A stretch of 64,000 nucleotides of DNA, from assembly GCA_036785375.1 (NCBI GenBank), contig JAWMAR010000088.1, positions 3,472,001 to 3,536,000 on the forward strand. The letters run 5' to 3'. The stretch comes from Leucoraja ocellata (Eukaryota). Shown here piece after piece: positions 49,936 to 62,015 of the stretch (positions are counted from its first letter, which is position 1; each line of letters starts with the position of its first letter). Made by a program: the position numbers and the translations under genes. The notes beneath the pieces are model-generated. The model was given only the letters and a program-made list of their open reading frames with translations. It was not told the origin of the DNA and ran no database searches.

Positions 49936-52691
49936 GTTGGGGGGGATGGGAACTGAATATTCAAGGGTATGCCTCCTATCGAAAAGACAGAAAGGTGAGG
50001 AGAGGGGGTCGGGTTGGTGAGGAATGAAATTCAGTCCCTTGCAAGGGGTGACATTGAAACAGGAGATGTGGAGTCAGTATGGATAGAACTAAGGAATTGT
50101 AAGGGTAAACATACCCTAATGGGACTAATCTACAGGCCCCCAAACAGTAGCCTGGACATAGGGCGCAAGTTGAATCAGGAGTTAAAATTGGCATGTAGTA
50201 AAAGTAATGCTGTGGTTGTTATGGGAGATTTCAACATGCAGGTAGACTGGGAAAATCAGGTTGGTACTGGACCCCAAGAAAGGGACTTTGTAGAGTGCCT
50301 TCATGATGAATTATTTGAACAGCTTGTATTGGAGCCTACCAGGGAGAAGGCAATCCTGGATTTAGTGTTATGTAATGAACTGGATTTGATAAAGGACCTC
50401 GAGGTTAATGAGCCATTAGGAGGCAGTGACTATAACATGGTCAGGTTTAATCTACAATAAGAGAGGGAGAGGAGTAGATCGGAGGTGTCAGTGTTGCATT
50501 TGAATAAAGGGGACTATGGGGCCATGAGTGAGGAGCTGGCCAAAATTGACTGGAAAGATACACTAGCAGGGATGACAGTGGAACAAAAATGGCAGGTGTT
50601 TCTAGGAATAATACAGAAGGTGCAGGATCAGTTCATTCCTAGGAGGAAAAAAGATTCCAAAGGGAGAAAGGGACGACCATGGCTGCCAAGGGACGTCAGG
50701 GACAGTATAAAAATTAAAGCGAAGAAGTACAACGTAACAAAGATGAGCAGGAAGCAAGAGGATTGGGTAATGTTTAAAGAACAACAGAAGATAACCAAAA
50801 AGACAATACAGGGAGAAAAGATGAGGTACGAAGGTAAGCTAGCCAAGAATATAAAGCAGGATAGTAAAAGCTTCTTTAGGTATGTGAAGAGGACAAAATT
50901 AGTTAAGACCAAAGCTGGACCCTTGAAGACCGAAAAAGGTGACGTTATAAACGGGAGCAAGGAAATGGCAGATGAGTTGAACAGGTTCTTTGGATCTGTC
51001 TTCACTAAGGAGGACACAAACAATCTTCCTGATATAGTAGTGGTCAGAGGATCTGGGGTGACGGAGGAACTGAAGGAAATCCACATTAGGCAGGAAATTG
51101 TGTTGGATAGACTGATGGGACTAAAGGCTGATAAATCCCCTGGGCCTGATGGTCTGCATCCCAGGGTATTTAAGGAAGTGGCTCTAGAAATCATGGATGC
51201 ATTGGTGATATTTTTCCAATGTTCTATAGACTCAGGATCAGTTCCTGAGGATTGGAGGGTAGCTAATGTTATCCCACTTTTTAAGAAAGGTGGGAGAGAG
51301 AAAACGGGGAATTATAAACCAGTTAGCCTGACATCGATGGTTGGGAAGATGCTGGAGTCAATTATAATAGATGAGATAGCCACACATTTGGATAGCAGTA
51401 ACAGGATCGGTTCGAGTCAGCATGGATTTACGAAGGGGAAATCATGCTTGACTAATCTTCTGGAATTTTTTGAGGTTGTAACTAGGAAAATGGACAAGGG
51501 AGAGCCAGTGGATGTAGTGTACCTGGACTTCCAGAAAGCATTTGATAAGGTCCAACATAGGGGATTAGTGGGCAAAATTAGGGCACATGGTATTGGGGGT
51601 AGAGTGCTGACATGGATAGAGAAGTGCTTGGCAGACAGGAAACAAAGAGTAGGTCCCTTTCAGAATGGCAGGCAGTGACTAGTGGGGGTACTGCAAGGCT
51701 CGGTGCTGGGACTGCAGCTATTTACAATATACATCAATGATTTGGATGAAGGGATTCAAAGTAACGTTAGCAAATTTGCAGGTGACACAACGCTGGGTGG
51801 CAGTGTGAACTGTGAGGAGAATGCTATGAGAATGCAGGGTGACTTAGACAGGTTGGGGGAGTGGGCAGATGCATGGCAGATGAAGTTTAATGCGGATAAA
51901 TGTGAGGTTATCCACTTTGGTAGCAAAAACAGGAAGGCAGATTACTATCTAAATGGCGTCAAGTTCGGAAAAGGGGAAGTACAATGGGATCTGGGGGTCC
52001 TTGTACATCAGTCTATGAATGTAAGCATGCAGGTTCAGCAGACAGTGAAGAAAGCGAACGGCATGTTGACCTTTATAACAAGAGGAATCAAATATAGGAG
52101 CAAAGAGGCCCTTCTGCAGTTGTACAGAGCCCTAGTGAGACCACACCTGGTGTATTATGTGCTGTTTTGGTCACCTAATTTGAGGAAGGACATTCTTGCT
52201 ATTGAGGGAGTGCAGCATAGTTTTACAAGGTTAATTCCCGGGATGGCGGGACTGTCATATGTTGAGAGAATGGAGCAGCTGGGCTTGCACAGTCTGGAGT
52301 TTAGAAGGATGAGAGGATATCTCATTGAAACGATTATTAAGGCCTTGGTCACGCTAGAGGCAGGAAACATGTTCCCGATGTTGGGGGAGTCCAGAACCAG
52401 GGGCCACAGTTTAAGAATAAGTAAGCCATTCAGAACGGAGATGAGGAAACACTTTTTCTCACAGAGAGTGGTGAGTCTGTGGAATTTTCTGTCTCAGAGG
52501 GCAGTGGAGGCAGGTTCTCTGGATGCTTTCAAGAGAGAGCTAGATAGGGCTCTTAAATATAGCGGAGTCAGGGGATATGGGGAGAAGGCAGGAACGGGGT
52601 ACTGATTGGGGATGATCAGCCATGATCACATTGAATGGCGGTGCTGACTCGAAGGGCTAAATGGCCTACTCCTGCACCTATTGTCTATTAT
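49936..52691 (+). mobile_element. CR1 LINE, 5'-truncated within APE, with disrupted ORF2
   Basis: ORF pieces 50014-50460, 50485-51678 and 51682-52605; YLDFQKAFD and mutated FAGD; CTAGC direct repeat at 49931-49935 and 52692-52696. Confidence 0.95.
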
Positions 52692-53242
52692 CTAGCAAAG
52701 ACCCTGTGCGGATTTGCTTTCAGTGGGAGTGAATCTTGTGATGCCACAGGCACTGCTCCACCTACTATCCGGCAAACACTGCTATCCTGACACAACTTTG
52801 AATGTAGGAATCTCACCTCAATCAAGTTCAAAAAGGTTGTTCTCTTATTTTTTGGTTCTTGGCTTTGTAGCCATAGGATACATTCTTCCAGCAACTGTTG
52901 GCTGAAGAACTGTTTACATTTCACCTCTCATTCTTCTAAATTTCTGGGGACATCGGCCTGATCTGCTCCGTCTATCCCAATTGGACACACCCTCCAGCCC
53001 AAGTATCAGATTAATAGGAAGATATATCTAAATCACGATTTTCAGTTGGATACAAAATATGTCATTATCTGTTGGTGCCAAGGAAACAATGAAAGTTTTG
53101 ACAGTTGAATGAGGTAAAATGGGAAGAAACTTGGTAAATATTCAAAATCTAGGTAAATCGGTCAATACTTCAACACTTTTCTTTAAACGTTCAGTATTTT
53201 AAAATCAATAACTTTGAATATCATTGCTTTTATTTATTTTAG

Positions 53243-53321
53243 GGTCCACAAATTCCCTCTGTGGCTTACGGTTACTAAACCAACGGCAAAAACGGATAAT
53301 TGGTGGAAAGAATTCTTTGAG
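53243..53321 (+). CDS. PRSS12: Neurotrypsin exon, zymogen activation region (79 nt)
   Basis: tttag|...|gttagt; GSTNSLCGLRLLNQRQKR|IIGGKNSLR. Confidence 0.97.
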
Positions 53322-54223
53322 GTTAGTGTCTTTGCATTAAGGAAAATTCTTGATAATTTTTTATATATTTAAAGTAACATTGTCAACTCAACTTGCCAAA
53401 ACAAGCTTTGAAATTATTGTCTTGTCACAGTCAATGTTGATAAAGCTTATACACTAAAGATTTATGGAAAGGTATGTGGCAGTATTTTAGAGAATTAATA
53501 CCGGTACAAAGATCAATTATGATGCCGATCGATCTAATTTGATCTGAAATTGGAGTCGTAGAGTATACAATGTAGAAATAAATCATTTGGCCCATTCATC
53601 CTGACCAAGTTGCCTGATCAAGCTAGTACGCTTGTCTCTGCCTAGCCCATATCCAACCAAATCCATCCTATCCATGTATCTGTCCAAGTGTCATTAAATG
53701 TCATTATTGAACCCACCCACATCACTTCCTCTGGCAGCTCATTCCATATATGCATCAACCTCTGTGAAAAACTTGCCCCTTGGATTCCTTTCAAATCTTT
53801 CCCATCTCTTATTAAACCTAATTTTAGACTCTACAACCCTAAGGAAAAGACCGTAGACTCGGCGACTGTTTCGCTGAACACTTTCACTCGATCCGCCAAT
53901 GCCTACTGAATCTCCCAGTTGCTAACCATTTTAAACTCTCCGTCCCATTCCCATATGGACCTTTCTGTCCTGGGCCTCCTCCATTGCCAGAGTGAGGTGA
54001 CATGCAAACTGGACCTCATATTCCACTACTTGTAACCCAACGGTATGAACATTGAATTCTTCAATTTTAGGTCACCTCTCACTAACCCCCCCTTTCTTCT
54101 GCATAAACTCCCCCTCCCCCCCATTGCCTTCCCTGTGCCCAGCATTGACTCACACCTACTTCTCCCCTCCACTCATGCTACTTTCCTCCCTCTGACTTTA
54201 CAATCTGCAACTCTTTAAACCTG

Positions 54224-54451
54224 GAGGCAGAACAAAGTGCTGGAGAAACTCAGCGGGTGCAGCAGCATCTATGGAGCGAAGGAAATAGGCAACGTTTCGG
54301 GCCGAAACCCTTCTTCAGGTGGTCGTAGAGTCGGAGGGAAGGGGGAATCACAGAGGGGGAGCAGTTATAGAGGAGGTTTTAAAACTGTCTTCAGAGGGAG
54401 ACACTTTTGTCTACCTTCGATTTTCCAGCATCTGCAGTTCTTTCTTAAACA
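54224..54451. mobile_element. Short Penelope-derived element nested in the Penelope remnant
   Basis: CTTTAAACCTG direct repeat at 54213-54223 and 54452-54462; same family as 39570-39761. Confidence 0.8.
54291..54318 (-). ncRNA. Minimal hammerhead ribozyme motif (Penelope type)
   Basis: Minus strand CUGAAGA-A-GGG UUUCGG CCC-GAAAC GUU: intact core boxes, stem II and palindromic ACGU stem III; stem I partner not evident. Confidence 0.6.
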
Positions 54452-55189
54452 CTTTAAACCTGTCTCACACCTTCCTTCTTTTCTTATCTCTGGCCTTTAT
54501 TTTAGCCATCTGCCTATCAAGCCCTCCCCCCCTTGCCTATGTCAATCTATAACCTGCCACCCTGCCATGCTCTGTCCTGCCTTTCCTCTTTTCCAGCTTT
54601 CTTCTCCCCTACGATCAGTCTGCAGAAGGGTCTCGATCCGAAGCATCACCTATCCATATTCTCCAGGGATACTGCTTGACGCGCTGAGTCACTCCAGCAC
54701 TTTGTATCCTTCTGTAGCTATTATCCATGGCCATGTGATTTCACAAACCTTTATACAGTCATTTCTCAGTCTCATACATTCCTGGTAAAATAAGTCCTAT
54801 CTAGACACCTTATAATTTAAACCCTTCAGTCACATCCTCTTTAATGTTTTTGTACCCTTTCCAATTTAATTACATTGTTTTTAGAGCAGGCCGATGAGAG
54901 CTACACACTGTATTCCAAATGTGGCTTTACCAATGTCTTGTGCAACTGCTGTTCTCAATACCCTGACCAATGAGGGTAAGTATGGCCGTCCGAAGGGGGG
55001 GTGCGTTGGGTGCGACTGCACCCCCTTTTTTTCTACCAGAGATAGAAAAAATCAAAAAACAAAACAAAAATAAATCGGAAAAAAAAATCGGAAAAATAAA
55101 TCAACGCCAGACGCCGTTGCGGCGATGCCCGCTCCCCTCGCCTCCCCCCGCCGCCGGGGCCCAAGCCATCTCCCACCCACACCAACCCC

Positions 55190-55693
55190 GCTGACCCCTG
55201 CTGGGCCCACGCCACCCCCGCTGGGCCCATGCCACCCCTGCTGGGCCCATGACACCCATGCTGACCCCCGCTGGGTCCACGCCACCCCAGTTGACCCCTG
55301 CTGGTCCCATGCCACCCCATTGACCCCCGCTGGGCCCATGCCACCCCCACTGGGCCCACACCACCCCCGCTGGGCACATGCCACCCCCGCTGGGCCCACG
55401 CCATCCCCGCTTGGCCCATGCTATCCCCGCTGGGCCCACGCCACCCCTGTTGACCCCCGCTGGGCCCACGCCACCCCAGTTGACCCCCGCTGGTTCAACG
55501 CCACCCCCACTGGGCCCACGCCACCACCACTGACCCCCACTGGGCCCATGCCACCCCCGCTGGGCCCACATCATCCCTGCTGACCCCTGCTGTGCCCACA
55601 CCACCCCCGCTGACCCCCACTGGGCCCACACCACCCCCGCTGACCCCCGCTGGACCCACGCCACCCCCGCTGGGCCCACGCCACCCCCACTGG
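55190..55693 (+). repeat. GC-rich minisatellite of alternating 20-bp and 10-bp units
   Basis: gctgggcccacgccaccccc and gctgacccc units; G-tract-rich minus strand. Confidence 0.95.
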
Positions 55694-55776
55694 GAGGGGA
55701 TTGATAGATTCTTGATTCATACAAGTGTTGGAGGTAATACGGAGAAGGCAGGAGAATGGGTTTGAGAGGGAAAGAT

Positions 55777-56628
55777 CTCCCAACTTCTATACTCAATACT
55801 CTGACTGATGAAGGCAAAAGTGCCAAAATACGTTTGACCACCTGATATACCTGCGACACGACCTTCAAGTAACCATGCAACCATCAACCATTCCTCTGCC
55901 CACCTGGCTAATTGATCCAGATCCTGCTGCAATCTTTCACAACCATCTTCACTATCTGCAAAACCACTCACTTCTGTATCATCAGCAAACTTGCTAATCT
56001 TGCCCTGTTCTATGACGTTTCACAGAGTGCTGGAGTAACTCAGCGGGCCAGGCTGAGTATAGAAGTTGGGAGGTCATGTTGCAGTTGCATAAGAAGTTGG
56101 TGAGGCCGCATTCAGAGTATTGTATTCAGTTCTGGGCACCATGTTATAGGAAAGATGTCATCAAACTGGAAAGGGTACAGTGAAGATTTACGAGGATGTT
56201 GCCAGGACTAGAGGCCCAGAGCTATAGGGAGGTTGACTAGGCTGGGACTCTATTTCATGGAGCACAGAAGGATGAGGGATGATCTAATAGAGGTGTATAA
56301 AATCATGATTTAGATAGATATGGTTGAGTCTTTTGCCCAGAGTAAGTGAATCGAGGAGCAGAGGACATAAGTTTAAGGTGAAGGGCAAAGGATTTAACAG
56401 GAATATGAGGGGTATGTTTTTCACACAAAAGGTGGTAGGTGTATGGAACAAGCTGCCAGAGGAAGTAGTTGAGGCAGGGACTATTACAACATTTATGAAA
56501 CAGTTAGACAGGTACATGGATAGGACAGATTCGGAGGGATATGGATCAAACGTGGGCAGGTGGGACGTGCAGATGAGACATGCTGGGCCGAAGGGCCTGT
56601 TTCCACACTGTATCACTCTATGACTCTA
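55777..56628. mobile_element. CR1 with inverted 5' segment (about 55777-56010 minus; about 56055-56628 plus)
   Basis: Both pieces share the breakpoint sequence tgagtatagaagttgggag. Confidence 0.75.
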
Positions 56629-57064
56629 TCTATCGTTCCCTCTCAAACCCATTCTCCTGCCTTCTCCCCATTACCTCCGACACCCGTATCAATCAAGAAT
56701 CTATCAATCTCCTCCTGAAAAATGTCCATTGACTTGACCTCCACAGCTGTCTGTGGCAATGAATTCCACAGTTCACCACCCTCTGACTTAAAAAATTCCT
56801 GCTCATCTCCTTCCTAAAGGAATGTCTTTTAATTCTGAGTCTGTGGCCACTGGGCCTAGGCTCTCCCAGTAGTGGAAATATCCTATCCAAATCCACTCCA
56901 TCCAGGTTTTTACCAGGCTGGGACAGATGGCAACAGCTTCACGCCGTACCCCAAAGCTTGTGTCCTGTCCTGCATCACCCAAAGCAGCAGAGACGTTATA
57001 GGAGAGGGCAAGCACCGTAGCAAAGTAGCTCACGATGGTTTGTCTATGCATGTCACATCATGAA

Positions 57065-57615
57065 TATTACTGAAGAATGGTCTTGACCCGAAATATAATC
57101 TATATCTTTTCTCCAGAGATACTGCCTGACTCACTGAGTTACTCCAGCACTCTGTGGAACGTCGCCTATTCATATTCTCCGCAGATGCTGCCTGACCCAC
57201 TGAGTTACTCCAGCACTTTGTGACTATTTTCCTTTCACCCATCTGCCCAAGCCCGCTTTCCCCCCTCCTTTCCTATGTTCCTTTTCACCCATAAACCTCT
57301 CTCTGCCTTCGCTCCTCTTTCAAATCTGCTCTACTTATCTACATGCATTTTTCTTCTTCACTTTTTAGTCATAGAATGATGCAGTGTGGAAACAGGCCCT
57401 TCAGCCCAACTTGCCCACACCGACCAACATGTCCCATCTAAACTAGTCCCACTCACACGCGTTTGGCCCATATCCATCTAAATCTGTCCTATCCATGTAC
57501 GTGTCCAAATGTCTCTTAAACTTTAGGATAGTCCCAGCCTTAACTACCTCCTCTGGCAGCTCGTCCCATACACCCAGCACCCTTTGTGTGAAAAAGCTAC
57601 CTCTCAGATTCCTGA
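57065..57615. mobile_element. Penelope-derived ends (about 57065-57225) and a CR1 3' end (about 57367-57613, minus)
   Basis: ctgaagaatggtcttgacccgaaa and two gctgcctgac..gagttactccagcac units; FFTQRVLGVWDELPEEVV. Confidence 0.75.
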
Positions 57616-58584
57616 TAATTCCTGAAATATTGGTCATAAATTTGGTGCAAAAATGCTCCAAAATAAGGCTCAGAATGCATCAGAAAGCATCTAAAACCCC
57701 TGAGCTTCCAGGGCCCTTAAGCAGGCCCTGGACCCTGGCATCGAGGGACTTCACGCTTCGCGCTCGTGATGTGCGCAGCGCGCACATTATTTCAAATTAA
57801 CTTTTTTGTAATCCTGTCATGCCACCCCCCTTTTTGAAAAGCTTCATACGGGCCTGGTAAGTGTGCCAAAAATGTCTTCATCACCATCTCTAACTGTGTC
57901 ACCACCTTTAAAGATGTATGTACCAGCACCACTAGGTGTCATTCTACAACACTCCCTAAGGTCTCCCATTTACTGTGTAAGCTGCCTGGGTTTTCTCACC
58001 AAAATACAAAACCTCACATATCTAAATTAAACTGTTGCATTCCTCAGTGCATTTGAACAGCTGATCAATTTTAAATGCTTAATTAATGATATCATGATCA
58101 GAAAAAGCATATTATAAATGTTCCACTTGAATTACATTCCCTTTTTAAATTTTCAAGCTTTTGTAATTAACTATATTTCTCTCCTATGTCATATTTTTCT
58201 GTCCACATAGATGATAATGTGGCACATAGAGGCTGTGCCAGATATCAGAGCAATCCCAGCAGTGAACACAATCACTCATCAATTGAGCTACTGGACATAT
58301 GGTTAATAGTTTTAGATTCCTAGGTATCCATATCACCAGAAACCCATGGATGACCAAAGGGGTCCGCTCCTTAATGACATCCAAGTCTGAGGTGTTTCAA
58401 GGCAGGAAGCCCCAATGTACTCAAAATCTAGTCATCACCTTAGCAAAGCCATGAGGGACACCAATTGGCAATCTTCAACTAAGCCATTGTCACATATTAT
58501 CCAGACAGACACCTGCTGTATACAATTTGGCAATATATTGTACTGTATTGTTTATATATGTACTATATTGTTTACAATTTTGAT

Positions 58585-59042
58585 CACCCTGTAATAGGAG
58601 TGATACCACTAAGCTGCTAAAAGTGCAGAAAATGTTTACGAAGATGTAGACTGGACTCAAGTAACAGAGAGTTGAACAGTCTAGGATCTTAGTCCTTGGA
58701 CCATAGAAGACTCAGAGGTGATCTTCTAAAGATGTAAAAGGGTGATATATAGGTATATGAAATGAGCTGCCAGATGAGGTAGTTGAGGCAGATACTATCA
58801 CAATGTTTAAAAAGCATTTGGACAGGTACATGGATAGAAACATAGAAAATCGGTGCAGGAGTAGGCCATTCAATATGCTCATGGCTGATCATCCAAAATC
58901 AGTATCCCATTCCTACTCCGGGGATAGGATAGGTTTATAGGGATATGGGCCAAACACAGGCAGATGGGACTAGTGTAGATGGGGCATACTGGTTGATGTG
59001 CAAAGTTGGGCCAAAGGACCTGTTTCCACACTTATGACTATG
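58585..59042 (+). mobile_element. Degenerate CR1 3' fragment with an inverted CR1 tail inside
   Basis: gagctgccagatgaggtagttgaggcag..ttggacaggtacatggatag; atagaaac tail on the opposite strand at about 58834-58915. Confidence 0.7.
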
Positions 59043-60119
59043 TGCATGCATCTCTTAGTTTCTGTTGCACATCTCTTGGAAAATTGATGGCCCAACAGTA
59101 AAGGAGAAAAAAACAACGCACAGCAGTGTTTTGGATGATTTTGAAGTTGTGCACCAAAAGTGTATCAGAAATTCAGTGCTCCAACATTTTGATGTTAATC
59201 ACACAAACAAAGTGATAAACATATACATAACAGGCAAAGTGATCCATGGTTTAGTAAGGGATCATACATTATGTAACTAGGCTTCATTTTGGATTGTTTT
59301 GGTTGGTTCCTCAACTTACTGGGTCCCTGTGCAGATTTGCTTTCAGTGGGAGTCCATCTTGTGATGCTACAGGCACTGCTCCACTTACTGGTGCTGGCAA
59401 TCGCTGCTATCCTGACACAAGCTTTGAATGAAGAAATCTCACCTCAACTAAGTTCAAAAATGTTGTTATCTTATTCTTTGGTGTTCGGCTTAGTAGCCAG
59501 AGGATACATTCTTCCCACATCTGTTGGCGGAAGAATTATTTACATTTCACCCTTCTTTCTTCTAAATTCTTGTGGACATCGACCTGATCTGCTCAGTCTA
59601 TCCCAATTGGACACACCATTCAGCCTGAGAATCAGATTAATAGGAAGATATATCTAAACCAAGATTTTCAATTACAAGTTGGATACAAAATATGTGATTA
59701 TCTGTTGGTGCCAAGGAAACAATGAAATATTTGACAGTTGAATGAGGTAAAAGGGGAAGAAACTTGGAAAATATTCAAAACATTAGAGATGTCTATCGTC
59801 ACAAGGGTAATAGATGTTAAATGTTCAGTCTTTTTCATGGGTAGTGGAATAAAGAATGAGAGAACATAGAAGGTGAGAGGAAAGATAGGGATCTGAGGGG
59901 TAACTTTTTCACACAAAGGCTGGAATGAGCTACCAGAAGGAATGATTGTGCCAGGTACAATAACAACACATAAAAAACATTTGGACAGGCGCATGGATGG
60001 GAAGGATTAGAAGGATATTGGTGAAACATGGTAAAATAAAGCAACATACATGGGCATTTTGGATGGCATGGACAAGTTGGGCTAAAGGTTCTATGACTGT
60101 GATGCTATAACTCTATTGG

Positions 60120-60535
60120 CACTTGGGTTCAATGAGGATTTCAAACTACATGCCAGGGGTTTGACTATAAGATCAAGTTCAACAGTACCGGCACAGTGCC
60201 GCACCACTTCTGGTGATGCATTTCAAACAAGATGTTTAATTGAGGCCTAACCTGGTCCATAAGAACATTAAATACCCTGAGACACTGCTTCGAAATGTTG
60301 CAGGGTCTTCGTTTCTGAGAATATTTATGCCACAAACAACATGAACAAAAAATAAATTATTTGGTCCACCTGTTCATTTGTGGAATTTTCTGTGCACTGA
60401 CACAAATAAAAGTAAGAAATGCATGTTTCTTATGTTCGGACATTGATACCAATGACACCAGGGATGCAGTAATTCAATGACCAGAATGTGCTTTGGGACT
60501 GTGCAAGGTTTTGAAAATGCATTATAAAAGTGCAT
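60120..60535 (+). mobile_element. Ancient Deu-domain SINE (SacSINE1/AmnSINE1-like)
   Basis: gtgccgcac..tttcaaacaagatgtttaattgaggcc..aatatttatgcc..tttgtggaattttctgtgcac..gctttgggac..ataaaagtgca. Confidence 0.6.
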
Positions 60536-60803
60536 TACAAAAAGTATTTTGACACTTTTGCACCTTGGCACATTGCAAAATTGCTTCTGCAGTGTAAATA
60601 GAAAAACAAAAAGCCAAATAATATATGCTATTTGAAATTGGTTCTTCAGTTTAGTAGACAATGAAAATGCAATTGAAACATATATTTTTCAATGCTAATG
60701 TAAGCAATCAAAGCAGCAATGGATGAGATCTCAACAAACACCTGCAAGGGTAAGATTCTCTGTCAGGTGTGGGTGACAAAATCCGTGTGCTCACGGTGAT
60801 TAA

Positions 60804-60971
<168 letters not shown>

Positions 60972-61484
60972 TAATTGAAATCATTTAATCAACATAATTA
61001 AAAGCAGATAATGATCTTTCTCTCAGGAGGACTATTGTAGTCTCGTATAATTTGCTGCAATTGGCTTTGACTGGCTCGATGGAAGACATATTTCGTTGGT
61101 AGGTGTTGCAGGTGTTCATCATATATGTGTCAGATTACTTGGAATAAATGGAGTTTCTGCTGAAGGGATCACACAGACGGTTAAAGACTCTTCTCGTTTG
61201 CAGCAATGCTCCTCAAACACTTTCAGCTCCAATTTGTTTTAGGTAGTATGAATTATCTTGCAATAGGAAGAAGAAGTGAGGACAATTAGGGCACAAAATG
61301 TTTCTGGTTCTAGACTATTACCAAGAGTGGCTCCGTTGCACCACCACTGACCAAGTCCAAAGAGTAAAGCTGCAGGAGATTATGAGATAACTATGATAAG
61401 GCAATAGGCTGAAGGTTCAGTGATGAATGACTCAACTCTTGATACCAAAATGTCAAATAAACCAATAAATCAAGGATGTAATGC

Positions 61485-62015
61485 AAGGGACAAAGTGCTA
61501 GAGGAACTCAGCAGGTCGGCGAGCTTCTGTGGATGGAACGGGTAGACGATGTTACAGGTCGGGACCCTTCTTCAGTCTTTCCATTTGAAGGTTGCTCAAA
61601 CAACAACTACAAAGCTTGACGTCATTCAGAACAAATCAACTTCCTTGTTGAAACAAGGAACTGCAGATGCTGGTTTACAAAATAAGACACAAAGTGCTGG
61701 AGTAGCAGGTCAAGCAGCATATCTGCAGAATATGGATCCACATTGACTGAAGAAGAGGATCCGACAGAGAATTAAGCAAAGTTCAGATCTATTGCCAGTC
61801 TGAGTGAGTGCAGCCCGGAGCTGTGGGAGGGGCAGAATGAGAGCCTGCAGGTGCTGGCACAGGGCAGAGAGTGCAGAAGGCAGGACATGGAAGGAGAACT
61901 GTGCAAGAAGTGGTGGATTGAGTATAGGTACTTGAAACTCTTGTTGGGCCCGAACAGGGACCATGTTCTCCAGAGATACTGCCCGGCCCACTGTTACTCA
62001 AGCACTTTGTTTTTT
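61485..62015. mobile_element. Cluster of Penelope-derived terminal fragments
   Basis: acaaagtgct.gag.aactcagc, acccttcttcag and ggaactgcagatgctgg motifs in both orientations. Confidence 0.7.

Larger units (their letters stand above)
53851..54715 (+). mobile_element. Penelope-like element 3' part: GIY-YIG endonuclease C-terminus and pseudo-LTR
   Basis: RRLGDCFAEHFHSIRQCLLNLPVANHF..SHSHMDLSVLGLLHCQSE..PNGMNIEF (frameshifted); pyrimidine-rich tract; degenerate hammerhead at about 54620-54648. Confidence 0.85.
54984..57856. mobile_element. Non-autonomous hAT-type DNA element carrying a minisatellite and nested CR1/Penelope fragments
   Basis: 8-bp target-site duplication GTAAGT(A/G)T at 54976-54983 and 57857-57864; imperfect TIR ggccgtccgaag / cttcatacgggcctg. 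Confidence 0.7.
53550..58070 (-). mobile_element. Old CR1 split into about 53550-53850, 54716-54983 and 57857-58070
   Basis: CR1 3' UTR and RT sequence resumes across the Penelope and hAT-type inserts (ccctgaccaatgagggtaagt|gtgccaaa). Confidence 0.7.

Noticed and set aside
55033-55880. Long Gly/Pro/Ala/Trp-rich ORFs on both strands
   Set aside because: They are translations of the stop-poor minisatellite, with no splice or domain evidence
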